Below, one piece after another: positions 28,480 to 38,326 of a DNA stretch of 64,000 bases. Source of the stretch: an uncultured virus (IMG/VR IMGVR_UViG_3300044922_001008) (taxonomy: Duplodnaviria > Heunggongvirae > Uroviricota > Caudoviricetes); IMG/VR virus record IMGVR_UViG_3300044922_001008. The stretch is one strand, 5' to 3'. How positions within the stretch are numbered: the first letter of the stretch is position 1; every line of letters starts with the position of its first letter. A program made the position numbers and the translations under genes. The notes beneath the pieces were generated by a model. That model saw nothing but the letters and a program-made list of their open reading frames with translations, did no database searches and was not told the origin of the DNA.

Positions 28480-29070
28480 TTAAACATTTTCAAAATGTGG
28501 CTGATAAGAAGATGGGTAGCAAGAATATACATAACCACCCGTCTTCTGTTCTCTATCAACTATCTTCCACCATCTTTTATGATTGGTTTTAGGAAATATA
28601 ACGCTTTCTTTATCCATTTCTGTTGTTGTCCAAAAATTCAAAAATAAATCATGTTCTTCTGTAATAACCGCCTCAAAAGAAAAAGGATTTCCGTAAGTAA
28701 CTGTTACAAATTCTTCATCATACAAATTATCAATCTTTTTTTGAAGTATTGATGGCAAACAATAAATAAATGATTTTTTCAAACCATCATCTTCTTTTTC
28801 TTTTATTTTTTCTTTTTCTTTTATTACAACAGGTTTTCTTTCAATTATTGGCTCTTCTTTTGGTGGTTGAGTCATGTTTAATTCATCTATAAATTTGTCT
28901 TTTATAGAAAAATCAGTGTTTAAAGGCTCTATTTTTATAGTGTCTTCTTGAACAACTGGATTCCATTTCATGTTGTGAATTGTATACTTAGTCCAAACAT
29001 TTTGCTCTTTTAAAAGCAAATTAGGACCACGAAGCCTATAGACAGAACCATCTTTATTTTTTAGTACCAT
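28480..29070 (-). CDS. Hypothetical protein (possible head-closure-related structural protein)
   Basis: N-terminus MVLKNKDGSVY resembles the gp14-like MALKNTDGTCY; late-type box upstream. Confidence 0.65.
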   Translation of the reverse strand: MVLKNKDGSVYRLRGPNLLLKEQNVWTKYTIHNMKWNPVVQEDTIKIEPLNTDFSIKDKFIDELNMTQPPKEEPIIERKPVVIKEKEKIKEKEDDGLKKSFIYCLPSILQKKIDNLYDEEFVTVTYGNPFSFEAVITEEHDLFLNFWTTTEMDKESVIFPKTNHKRWWKIVDREQKTGGYVYSCYPSSYQPHFENV

Positions 29071-29146
29071 ACTATTCTATTTAAGGAAAATTAGAAAAAA
29101 AATTATCATTATCTTCTAAATAAGACACAGTCAAAGGAGAATTAAC

Positions 29147-29575
29147 ATGAGTTTACTTGTACCTGATGTTGGCGAAATTTTAATGTTGCAGTATCTTGTA
29201 AATATGATTTCTACAGATGGAACTGCTGCTCCAGCTAATGGCGAAAGACTTTTACGATTATTTACGAACAATCTTACACCAGTAGAAGGAACTACTCTTT
29301 CAACCGTTACGGAAGCAGTTGGCTCTACTGGATATGCACCAGTAACATTAGTTGGATCAAGCTGGACGACCACTCAATCTGTTGGCGTTACCACTGCAGT
29401 TTATAGCGAACAAACATTCACATTTACAACTGCGGTAACTGTTTATGGTTACTATGTAACGACCATCTATGGATCTCCAGCCTTATTATGGCTCGAAAGA
29501 TTCTCTGGTGCGCCTTTCATTTTGCCAAGTGGTGGCGGTCAAATTGCAATTAGTCCAAGAATAAGTTTAGACTAA
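29147..29575 (+). CDS. Putative virion structural protein
   Basis: AGGAG Shine-Dalgarno; VPDVGE, LRLFTNN.TP, VYGYYV, ERFS.AP; Thr-rich; TAAATA upstream and terminator downstream. Confidence 0.7.
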   Translation: MSLLVPDVGEILMLQYLVNMISTDGTAAPANGERLLRLFTNNLTPVEGTTLSTVTEAVGSTGYAPVTLVGSSWTTTQSVGVTTAVYSEQTFTFTTAVTVYGYYVTTIYGSPALLWLERFSGAPFILPSGGGQIAISPRISLD

Positions 29576-29593
29576 TAAATATAAAAATTATGT

Positions 29594-29625
29594 AGAGACT
29601 AATTGAAAAATTAGTCTCTTTTTTT
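29594..29625 (+). terminator. Rho-independent terminator
   Basis: AGAGACTAATT-GAA-AAATTAGTCTCT followed by a T-tract. Confidence 0.75.
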
Positions 29626-29661
29626 ATTTATTGTACATAAATAAGCCTGAGAGGTAAATAT

Positions 29662-31218
29662 ATGATTAATATTTTATTTAGAAAATGGTTCTTAGAGAAC
29701 GACACATTCACAATTTCTTTATTCAATAATTCAATTAACGAAGCGAAAAAAATGGGAGGAGAAGGTTTTTTAGATGAATTATCCTTAGAGTATTATGAAA
29801 AAGAAATTAAATATAGAATCAAACAATTCGCAGATAGGTTGAAAGATAAAGAAAAAATAAAACAAATTGTTCCTTTTAGCATATTAGAAGATTTAGCTAA
29901 ACAAAAAAAAATTACAATTAATGTACTTATAGACGATATACATAAGGCTGCAAATAAATATAACAAAGATGAAGATGAAATAAAATATACTTCTTTTTTG
30001 CAAAATTTGCACATTCATAAAATGCATCCAAGTGGATCAGATGCTTTAGCGACTTCTCTTTTTCAAAAAATAAAATCTAAAACCAAACCAAATTACATTT
30101 ATCGTAGTCTTAAGACAGTGGATAAAATTATTGATAATGATAAATCAGAACTTAAAAATCCTCCAGAAAATCCAAAAATTGGAGATAGGCACCAAGCCCA
30201 AGGTTACACATGGAAATTCATGAGTGACAGAACATGGATAAAAATTAGAAAAGACACAGACGAGTATGAAGGAACAGAATTGTTAAATATGTTTAATAGA
30301 AGCAAATTAGATCGTCCTATGTTGAAAGCAATTTTGCATTATTATGATAATGATTATTTTAATGAAAAAGAAGTCATGAAAGACTTTGAAGGTTCATGTA
30401 AATATATTGGAAGAAATCAATTGAAAAAAGATATTGGAAAAGATGCAATGGTGAAAGCCGATCCATACAAAGGAGATAAAACCAAAATATTTGAAAGAGC
30501 AAAAATTAAATTTCCTAATCCAGAAATAGATAGTATCTATAAAGACGAAGAAACTAACACTACTTGGAATTGGATTTATTCAAAGAAAACAAAAGGCATG
30601 GGATGGAAAGAAATTCTAAAACAAAAACCAATTTCACATATTAGCTTACACGGTGAAGACGGAGATGACCTTGAAGTAGAAGGAAGAGAAAAAGAAGAAA
30701 ATCCATTAGATCCAGAGAGTGAATATAGTTCTAAAGAATATGATGCTGAAATTAAAAAGTATGGTGATTACGAAGTCACAAAACCATTTGGCATTAAAAG
30801 TCCTCAAAAAAAACCAACAACAGATCAAAAAAACACAATAAGAGATATTGTTTCAGGTCTAGAATCATTTAAAAGCTATTTAGAAACCACCACAACATTG
30901 GCGAATGATATACCAAAATCTAAAACCAGATATGGTTATATTAAAAAAGATAATACCGAAAAAGATAATTTTTCTGTGTACGAATTTTACCGTAAAATTT
31001 TTATTGAACTTACTGATGATTTTATCTCACAAATCAAAGGTGGAAAAAATTCATCTGATGTACAAAAGACTTTTCCAAAGTGGTTTGCAAATAAAGAAAT
31101 TTTATTGCCTAGCAATGCTAAAAAAATAGCACTCTGGTCGAGATTTACAAAAGAAAAATATAACTATGAGCTTGAATCATATGCATATAAAAATAATTTT
31201 AAAATAAAAGATAAATAA
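29662..31218 (+). CDS. Large hypothetical protein, candidate internal head protein
   Basis: 518 aa; MINILFRKWFLE. Confidence 0.8.
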   Translation: MINILFRKWFLENDTFTISLFNNSINEAKKMGGEGFLDELSLEYYEKEIKYRIKQFADRLKDKEKIKQIVPFSILEDLAKQKKITINVLIDDIHKAANKYNKDEDEIKYTSFLQNLHIHKMHPSGSDALATSLFQKIKSKTKPNYIYRSLKTVDKIIDNDKSELKNPPENPKIGDRHQAQGYTWKFMSDRTWIKIRKDTDEYEGTELLNMFNRSKLDRPMLKAILHYYDNDYFNEKEVMKDFEGSCKYIGRNQLKKDIGKDAMVKADPYKGDKTKIFERAKIKFPNPEIDSIYKDEETNTTWNWIYSKKTKGMGWKEILKQKPISHISLHGEDGDDLEVEGREKEENPLDPESEYSSKEYDAEIKKYGDYEVTKPFGIKSPQKKPTTDQKNTIRDIVSGLESFKSYLETTTTLANDIPKSKTRYGYIKKDNTEKDNFSVYEFYRKIFIELTDDFISQIKGGKNSSDVQKTFPKWFANKEILLPSNAKKIALWSRFTKEKYNYELESYAYKNNFKIKDK

Positions 31219-31220
31219 AA

Positions 31221-31763
31221 ATGGCATTAAAAAATACAGATGGAACTTGTTATAAGCCTTTAGGAAGTGTGCAACAGTACAATCCCAATGCACCAGAACA
31301 TGATCTTTTCAATCAATGGGATCAAGAATCTATCAGGCGTGGTGGATCTCCTTTGTATTACTATGAAGTTTTTATTCAACAACAAACTGTAGATCCACTT
31401 TATTTGGAAGATCGTGGTAAAATATTTTCAAACAATCCAATTCAATTGTGGTGTAGTTACGAACCAATACCATCTCAAAATGCATTAAGTCAATTTGGTA
31501 TAGATTCACCAGACGAAATGGTATTTGAAGTAAATTACAAGGCTGTTCTTCAATCTATAGGACATCCTCCAAAGATTGGATCAAGAATTTTTAGTCCTCA
31601 CTTAAGAGAAAATTGGGTAATTATCCAACGAAACTTAGGTGAGTTTAAATTGTGGGGAGCATTAAGAATGGAACTCATTTGTCAGAGATTCCAAGAATCT
31701 GTTACGACTGGCGAAGGCGAAGTTACACAGAAACAACCAGACCTTAAAATTAAAATTGTATAG
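31221..31763 (+). CDS. Neck/head-closure protein (T4 gp14-like)
   Basis: E.I...G..LYYY, DPLYLED..K.F, LSQFGIDSPDE..F. Confidence 0.75.
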   Translation: MALKNTDGTCYKPLGSVQQYNPNAPEHDLFNQWDQESIRRGGSPLYYYEVFIQQQTVDPLYLEDRGKIFSNNPIQLWCSYEPIPSQNALSQFGIDSPDEMVFEVNYKAVLQSIGHPPKIGSRIFSPHLRENWVIIQRNLGEFKLWGALRMELICQRFQESVTTGEGEVTQKQPDLKIKIV

Positions 31764-31771
31764 GAGATTTC

Positions 31772-32221
31772 ATGGGTATATTTTTTGAATTCTTAGAAAA
31801 AATTCGTATTGAAAAAATGTTATTAGAACAAGATGCACCACAAGGATCGCCACAAGGTGGTAATCCTCAAGATCAAGGAAATATGACAGCACCAGACGCT
31901 CCTCCAGAACAGCAAGATTCAAGTTCTGGTCAAGGCGAAGAAAGTGGTCTATCTCCAACTGCTCATGACGATAATTTTTCAAAATTAATTGATATTATGA
32001 AACAAGCTTTGCCAGATTTGAAACCAGAAAATAGAAAAATTATTGATGCATTTTTAAAAACAAATAATTTATCTGGCGGAGATGAACCTAAAAAAGATTC
32101 CCAAGACCAAGACCAAAGTCAGGGTCAAGACCAAAGTCAGGGTCAAGCACCGCCAACAGGAATGGGCGATCAATCAGGAATGCCAGCACAACCTAACCAG
32201 ATGGCTGCTCCACAAATGTAG
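31772..32221 (+). CDS. Gln/Pro/Gly-rich hypothetical protein with capsid-targeting-like N-terminus
   Basis: MGIFFEFLEK...LLEQ; QDQSQG repeats. Confidence 0.7.
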   Translation: MGIFFEFLEKIRIEKMLLEQDAPQGSPQGGNPQDQGNMTAPDAPPEQQDSSSGQGEESGLSPTAHDDNFSKLIDIMKQALPDLKPENRKIIDAFLKTNNLSGGDEPKKDSQDQDQSQGQDQSQGQAPPTGMGDQSGMPAQPNQMAAPQM

Positions 32222-32322
32222 TGAAGTTTTGTTTTTCATATAGATTAGGCTTATGTACATTTGTTATAAGCGACAAAGGTATTTTTGGCTGTATCAGTCT
32301 TTCGCTTTGAAAGATCAAGGGT

Positions 32323-33195
32323 TTATAACTCTTGGTCTTTTTTTTCAGTTTGAATGGTGGGATTTTCATTTTTTCCTTTTACTAATTTTCTAGCTATACG
32401 ACCCCTTGGTTTTGCTTTTATTTCTTCTAAATGTTTTTGAACATGAGGACATCCATGTTTCGCAGCAACAGATGCAAGTTTTTTATATTTATCGTCAAAC
32501 TGGTGACCGCCTTCAGATGTCCATGTTAAGCCAGCAATACTTCTTGCGTTATCTGCAATTATTCCGTCTTGCGATCCTCTTTTAAAAATTTCTTGTTCTG
32601 TCATAGGCTCTACTTCATAAGAGACTTTTTTTGGCAAAATTAAAATTTGTGCATATGGCTCGTCTTTTCTAAATATATATTTTTGTCCTTCAACTGGATT
32701 TTTGAAAACAACAAAAAATATTTTTGACCACCAACTAGTTTGCAAATGCCCCGGAACTACACATGGAACAGTATTTGTTGTGTCGGTATAAAATCTTGGA
32801 TGAGACTCCATTCTTAGTACATATCCATCTGGAACTTGTATGTCTAAGCATGATGTCATTCCAAAATGACCATCAGCAAAACAAGCAAATGGAGGGAGAT
32901 GAACTCCTTGTGATTTTGTAATTTCATTTTCTGCTGCGAAATCACCTTCAAAATGCATCTTGCCATCACGCATTGTAGCGTGAAATTCCGTTTCAAACGG
33001 AAATGTTAATTCCATCCCATAAGTTGAACCATCGATAAATGGCTGGCAGTGCCATGGTTGTGCCTTACTTCCATTTGTGTGTGTGTGATCACAACCACTC
33101 CAGCCGGGAATTTGAAGTTTTATAGATTTTGGTGGTTTTCCCAAATGCCATGTTCGACACTTAACTCTAATAGTTTCAGACATTTTTGGTGTCAC
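32323..33195 (-). CDS. DUF6065-like (dUTPase-like beta-clip) protein
   Basis: CQPF.DG..YG.EL.FP, VPDGY.L, PG.LQT.WW, FRKDEP.AQ...P pattern. Confidence 0.5.
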   Translation of the reverse strand: MTPKMSETIRVKCRTWHLGKPPKSIKLQIPGWSGCDHTHTNGSKAQPWHCQPFIDGSTYGMELTFPFETEFHATMRDGKMHFEGDFAAENEITKSQGVHLPPFACFADGHFGMTSCLDIQVPDGYVLRMESHPRFYTDTTNTVPCVVPGHLQTSWWSKIFFVVFKNPVEGQKYIFRKDEPYAQILILPKKVSYEVEPMTEQEIFKRGSQDGIIADNARSIAGLTWTSEGGHQFDDKYKKLASVAAKHGCPHVQKHLEEIKAKPRGRIARKLVKGKNENPTIQTEKKDQEL

Positions 33196-33224
33196 ACTCC
33201 ATAACTAGGTATAAAGGAAAAAAA

Positions 33225-34217
33225 ATGAACGATATTAATCATCCATCAAAAGGTCTCAATGAATGCAATGATAAAAGCCCTTTGAATTATAATGAAAATC
33301 TTGATTCATTTCCATCAAATTGCAAACCCGGAGAAAATAATTCCAATTTTCGCCAAGTCAATGACGAATCATTGAATTGGCTTAAAGATACGACAAATAA
33401 AAAAGTTGGTTTGGGTGCTGCTGCAAATTGTGATCCTATGCAGACTGGATCTATTTTAAATGATCCTAGTAAAACTAGTCGTGACACCATTTATCGTTAT
33501 TCAAAAGCGAAGCGTGGTTGCGATGATGCGATGAGAGACCTTTTTACAGATATTGTTGTTATTGATGAAAATGCAAAAGCTCATCCAATTCCAATTATTT
33601 GGGGTACACAAGAAAAAGCAGTTGCAGCAATTCTTTTAGACAATGTAAGAAAAGATGAAACATTAGTTGTTGATAGAATTAAATTACCGATGTTAGCAAT
33701 TCATGATTCGGACATTCAGTTCAATACAAGCAGATATACATATCACAAGGCTTTAGATTATAGAAGATATCTAAGAGAAGATAATAAGCCGGGATTTACA
33801 ATTGATGAAAAATACAATAGAGACACAGTGCTTGGATTTGCTCGTGGAATACCAGTAGATATTACATATACTCTTTATGCTTGGACATTATATGTCGAAG
33901 ATATGAATCAAATTTTAGAACAAATTTTGTTAAAATTTAGTCAAACAGCATATATAAGCGTAACTGGCGTTCCGTATGAGATAATAGTAAAGCTTGATTC
34001 GATTGCTAATAATTTGGATTATGAACCCGGAGATCAAGCAATCAGAGTTATAAAATATCAGTTTAATATGACAACTGAAACATATATACCTCAACCGATC
34101 ACCAGACAAAAAGCCGTACTAAAAACAAAAATTGATTTTGTTGATGGCTTAGAAGAAAACGAAATTCAGCAGGTTATGGCGAGATTGGAAGAAAGTGTAA
34201 AGGAACTTAAATGTTAG
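33225..34217 (+). CDS. Tail terminator/sheath stabiliser (T4 gp15-like)
   Basis: PIIWG, RIKLPMLAI, IPVDITYTLYAWT...DMNQILEQIL..F; located upstream of the sheath gene. Confidence 0.8.
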   Translation: MNDINHPSKGLNECNDKSPLNYNENLDSFPSNCKPGENNSNFRQVNDESLNWLKDTTNKKVGLGAAANCDPMQTGSILNDPSKTSRDTIYRYSKAKRGCDDAMRDLFTDIVVIDENAKAHPIPIIWGTQEKAVAAILLDNVRKDETLVVDRIKLPMLAIHDSDIQFNTSRYTYHKALDYRRYLREDNKPGFTIDEKYNRDTVLGFARGIPVDITYTLYAWTLYVEDMNQILEQILLKFSQTAYISVTGVPYEIIVKLDSIANNLDYEPGDQAIRVIKYQFNMTTETYIPQPITRQKAVLKTKIDFVDGLEENEIQQVMARLEESVKELKC

Positions 34218-34438
34218 AAATTAAGAACAAGCATAGATTTCCAGTTCAATTAATCATAAGGTCAAGGAAGGCTCCTCGTGCTTTCACAACTTTGAATATT
34301 CCGGGAATAGGTTGTGGAAAAAATATTTTTTATTTAGAAGATGAACGAGCAACTGAATATATAGACAGAGCAGTAACTGACGGATTTATCTCTGTCAAGC
34401 ATGTACCGAACAATATTTTGTTAAAAAAGGGAGAATAG
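34211..34438 (+). CDS. Small hypothetical tail-associated protein
   Basis: Coupled between the gp15-like and sheath genes. Confidence 0.65.
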   Translation: MLEIKNKHRFPVQLIIRSRKAPRAFTTLNIPGIGCGKNIFYLEDERATEYIDRAVTDGFISVKHVPNNILLKKGE

Positions 34439-34441
34439 ACT

Positions 34442-36793
34442 ATGGCGATACTTAGAGGTTTTCCACCATCAAACACAATCAGTCCAAGTGTTCGCATTGC
34501 CGAAAAGGACTTGAGTTTTGTCGCACCAGAGCAATCTTTGCACAGGGCGGCTTTAATTGGATTCGCAAGCAAAGGTCCAATTAATATTCCTACTATAATT
34601 GCAAGCCAAAGACAGCTTCGTAGAACCTTTGGTAATCCTCATCCAGAAAATGGAGATCCATATCTTATCTACGCTGCAGAAAGTTATTTGCTTATTGCAA
34701 ATGAATTGTATGTTGTTCGTGTTGCAGATACCGATCCAGTTAGCGATGAATCTGCGACTATGGCAGAAGTAGAAGTTCCTTCTGCTGGTACAATTATCGA
34801 AATTGTTTCTGATACTCCTTCACCATATGTTTTCGATCAAACTAGCTTTTTCCGTTGGAGACTTAATGGTGTACTCAGCGAAAGAACTTTGATAGTTGAA
34901 GAAAATGGCACAGGTTACGATACAGATGAACTTGTAGAATTACTGAACGATCAAATTGATTTTCAGAATGATGGCATTCAATTTTTTGGTGGAGCAGATG
35001 ATAATATAGGAATAAGAACTCTTTGGGCTTATGGTCCTTCTGCAGAACTTGAATTTGTTGCTGTACAGAACTCCATTTGTGGTTCCGAAGGATCTACTGG
35101 TCTTGGAACAGATATGTTAGTTGCTGAAATCCAAGGCACTGCGTCTCATTATCCCGATGTTACTTATACAACATCAGGGTATTATAACTTTGATGGATTA
35201 ACTGGCATTACTCTCAATATCGTTGTTGATGGAACAGATAATGTTCTTATCGACAATGTAGTTCAAGTTATTGATCTTTCAGCCTTTGACGGCATGGGCG
35301 ATGTAGATATTGATGATATCGTTACTGAAATCAATAGCCAAGTAGAAAGTGGAAGTCTTCCCGGTGGTTGGATAGCTTCTGTATTTGGAGGAACATCTTT
35401 GAAGTTTGAAACGCTTCATAGTGGTCGTGATGCTAGATTGCGTATTAAACCAGATAGCACTGGCGAACTTATATTCGGATTGCCGACAACAACCGCAAGT
35501 GGTGACACTCCTCCCGGCGATATGAGTGAGGCATCCCTTTGGACATTTGGTAGAGTGGCTGGCGATACCAATAACGATGGATCTATTTCTTTCTTGGTTA
35601 CTGCAGACTCAGTTGGTATTGAAGGAAACTTCACTCAAGTTGTTGTTAAAAACAACACTCGTGACAGCAATTGGATTCTAGAAGTTTACAACAATGGAAA
35701 TCAAGTAGAATCTTGGGGTCAACTCACAAAAGATTCTGCAAGTACATTCTATATTGGAAGCTACTTATCTTTAGTATCTGATTATATTCGATCAGTAGAC
35801 AACACAGATGTTCTTGCTGGACCCGCAGACGGAACATATACATTGTCTGGTGGTTCTGATGGTATTCCTTCAGATCCAGATTTACAAGATTCTTTATTGA
35901 TCGGTAGTTCTGTTGGATACAGTGGTATTTATGCTGTATCTGAATCTGAACAATATGACATCGATTTAATTGCGGTTCCCGGACATAGCAGCACGACTGT
36001 AGTGACAGAATTGCTTTACATGTGTCAAAATTTCCGCCAAGACTGCATGGCAATTATTGATGCTCCATTCGGCTTGACCGTAAATGAAATCATTGCATGG
36101 CAAAATGGAACTCATCCTTTAAACACCACTAGATTCGATAGTGACTTTGGTGCGCTTTACTGGCCATGGGTTCGTATTCGTGACAACTTCAACAGAGTAG
36201 ACATTTGGGCGCCACCTAGCGGATCTATAATGGCAGTTTATGCACAGAGTGATCGCTTGGCTCGTCCTTGGTTTGCTCCTGCAGGTATCACCCGTGGTGT
36301 TGTTCCCGGTATTAATGATGTTTATTCTCGCCCTTCGCAAGAAGAAAGAGACTTGATGTATGGCTATAGGAACTGCATTAATCCTATCGTACAGTTTGTA
36401 GATACTGAAGGTTTCGTGGTTTGGGGTCAGAAAACTATGCAGAGAAGACCCACTGCTCTTGATCGTGTAAATGTAAGACGCTTAATGTTTTATATTGAAA
36501 AGCAAATCAAGGCTAAGTCACGAATTCTATTGTTTGAACCACATGATGAACAATTTAGAGCAGAGTTCATAAGAATTGCAACTTTAGTTCTTCAAGAGGT
36601 TCAGACTGACCGAGGTATTACAGCCTTTAAAATTAAGGCTGATGCCGAACTCAATACTTCCGATGTGATCGATAGGAATGAGTTTAGAGCAAGAATTGGT
36701 GTACAGCCAACAAGAGCAGTTGAATTCATGTTCCTTGAGTTCAGTATTCATCGAACCGGCAGTGACTTCACCGAAAGCACAGATGCATTCTAA
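34442..36793 (+). CDS. Contractile tail sheath protein (T4 gp18-like)
   Basis: SPSV.I.EKDLS, KGP, YWPW, PPSG, WFAPAG..RG, INPI, WGQKT, DRVNVRRL, LFEP. Confidence 0.95.
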   Translation: MAILRGFPPSNTISPSVRIAEKDLSFVAPEQSLHRAALIGFASKGPINIPTIIASQRQLRRTFGNPHPENGDPYLIYAAESYLLIANELYVVRVADTDPVSDESATMAEVEVPSAGTIIEIVSDTPSPYVFDQTSFFRWRLNGVLSERTLIVEENGTGYDTDELVELLNDQIDFQNDGIQFFGGADDNIGIRTLWAYGPSAELEFVAVQNSICGSEGSTGLGTDMLVAEIQGTASHYPDVTYTTSGYYNFDGLTGITLNIVVDGTDNVLIDNVVQVIDLSAFDGMGDVDIDDIVTEINSQVESGSLPGGWIASVFGGTSLKFETLHSGRDARLRIKPDSTGELIFGLPTTTASGDTPPGDMSEASLWTFGRVAGDTNNDGSISFLVTADSVGIEGNFTQVVVKNNTRDSNWILEVYNNGNQVESWGQLTKDSASTFYIGSYLSLVSDYIRSVDNTDVLAGPADGTYTLSGGSDGIPSDPDLQDSLLIGSSVGYSGIYAVSESEQYDIDLIAVPGHSSTTVVTELLYMCQNFRQDCMAIIDAPFGLTVNEIIAWQNGTHPLNTTRFDSDFGALYWPWVRIRDNFNRVDIWAPPSGSIMAVYAQSDRLARPWFAPAGITRGVVPGINDVYSRPSQEERDLMYGYRNCINPIVQFVDTEGFVVWGQKTMQRRPTALDRVNVRRLMFYIEKQIKAKSRILLFEPHDEQFRAEFIRIATLVLQEVQTDRGITAFKIKADAELNTSDVIDRNEFRARIGVQPTRAVEFMFLEFSIHRTGSDFTESTDAF

Positions 36794-36815
36794 TTTTTGA
36801 AAGGGGAATTAAAAA

Positions 36816-37400
36816 ATGGCACAGTTAATGCACTTAAATGAGTTGGCTACAAACACCAACTTGGTATTCAAAAGAAAATATAGATGGACATTCGAAGTTC
36901 AGTGGAACGGCAAAAAGGTCGGCAAAAACTTTGTAAAGTTGGCTAGTCGTCCTAATTTAACAATCGAAGAAACTGAAATCAACTACTTGCACGGAAAAAT
37001 GTGGATTCCGGGCAAGGCAAGTTGGGAAACCATCACTGTAACCTATTATGATGTTGCTCGCTCAACAGGCAACGGCATGACAGATCTTTACAGCTGGTTA
37101 GCTTCGATCTATAATTTTCAAGATCAAGGCGAAAAGATGATGCAGCAGACCACCGTCCAAGGTGATGGTAATAATGGTGGTTGGGCTGGCAAAGGTACTT
37201 TGCTTATGTATGATGGTTGCGGAACAGAACTCGAATCTTGGGAACTTCGAGGCGTTTGGCCATCAGCCGTAAACTTTGGCGATCTCGACTATAGTTCTTC
37301 TGAAGAAGCAACTATCGAGTTGACCCTTAGATATTACCAAGCTATATACAACAATCTTTGTGGAACGAATCCTCAACCACAATGCATAGGTTGTTCATAA
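36816..37400 (+). CDS. Tail tube protein (T4 gp19-like)
   Basis: FKRKYRW, SRP, PGKASWETITVTYYD, WEL.GVWP.AVNFGDLDYS. Confidence 0.9.
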   Translation: MAQLMHLNELATNTNLVFKRKYRWTFEVQWNGKKVGKNFVKLASRPNLTIEETEINYLHGKMWIPGKASWETITVTYYDVARSTGNGMTDLYSWLASIYNFQDQGEKMMQQTTVQGDGNNGGWAGKGTLLMYDGCGTELESWELRGVWPSAVNFGDLDYSSSEEATIELTLRYYQAIYNNLCGTNPQPQCIGCS

Positions 37401-37421
37401 TAATAATCCTTTCAAAAATTG

Positions 37422-37460
37422 TAAAGCTCCGAATCTTATAAAGATACGGAGCTTTATTTT
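37422..37460 (+). terminator. Terminator/hairpin after the tail tube gene
   Basis: TAAAGCTCCGAATCTT-ATA-AAGATACGGAGCTTTATTTT. Confidence 0.65.
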
Positions 37461-37474
37461 CATAAGAGGCGATA

Positions 37475-37987
37475 ATGGCACAAAGAATGAGTTTTGATTT
37501 CGGATTGGACAAAACAACCGCTTGCTTCAAACGCAAGTATAGATGGCTTTTAAAAATTGATGGTGTTTCGGCAGAAGGAATTGATGCTTTGCCTCCAACC
37601 AAATCTGGTCGTCCAAGCTTAACATTTAAAAGCATGGAAGCACAACATTTTCATGAAACCATTTATTTTCCCGGCAAACCAGATTGGAAACCTATAAATT
37701 TAACTTTATTTGATTTAAAAAAAAACAAACATCCAGTAATAGAATGGATCAATGAATATTACGAAGTAAATTCTTCTGGTGTCAAACTTAAAACTGCGAC
37801 CAATGGATTTAAAAAACAAGGAAAATTAGAACTATATGATGGCTGTGGCGAAATAATAGAAAAGTGGATATTTGAAAACATGTATCCAGAAACAGTAGAA
37901 TTCGGTGAATTAGATCACAGCGATTCAAATATAATTTATGTAGATCTTAGCTTAAGATACGACAGAGCTTATTATGAGCCAGTTTAA
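37475..37987 (+). CDS. Second tail tube-like protein (gp19 paralog, possible tube initiator)
   Basis: FKRKYRW, GRP, PGKPDW, YDGCG..IEKW, FGELD shared with 36816. Confidence 0.85.
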   Translation: MAQRMSFDFGLDKTTACFKRKYRWLLKIDGVSAEGIDALPPTKSGRPSLTFKSMEAQHFHETIYFPGKPDWKPINLTLFDLKKNKHPVIEWINEYYEVNSSGVKLKTATNGFKKQGKLELYDGCGEIIEKWIFENMYPETVEFGELDHSDSNIIYVDLSLRYDRAYYEPV

Positions 37988-38241
37988 TCTTCTTCTGGAT
38001 CTGTTGAGCTACTAAAATAAAGATCATTCTTTAAAATTTCTCTACACTCTTCAAGTGCCTGTTCGAGTTCTTTTGGTTTCCATCCCAAAACTCGACACGC
38101 ACCACTCTTGTTGAGTCTTCCCTTTTTAGTGTACACATCTTTTTCATTTTCAAGAAGTGCATCTATAAGTGGTGCATATCCCTTTTCCATTAATTTTTGT
38201 ATAAGTTCTTGTTTTTCTAATTGCTCAATAAGATTGCTCAT
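37984..38241 (-). CDS. Sigma region-4-like HTH protein
   Basis: LIDALLENEKDVY...LNKSGACRVLGWKPKELEQALEECREIL. Confidence 0.6.
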   Translation of the reverse strand: MSNLIEQLEKQELIQKLMEKGYAPLIDALLENEKDVYTKKGRLNKSGACRVLGWKPKELEQALEECREILKNDLYFSSSTDPEED

Positions 38242-38282
38242 ATGTTACCTAAATTAAGTGGCGTACAATATCCACTATTAAA

Positions 38283-38311
38283 ATTATAAGTATGCTGGAA
38301 ATATTTTTCAA
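38283..38311 (-). promoter_or_regulatory. Sigma70-like promoter
   Basis: TTGAAA-N17-TATAAT on the minus strand upstream of 38241. Confidence 0.6.
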
Positions 38312-38326
38312 GCAATCAAATAAAAG

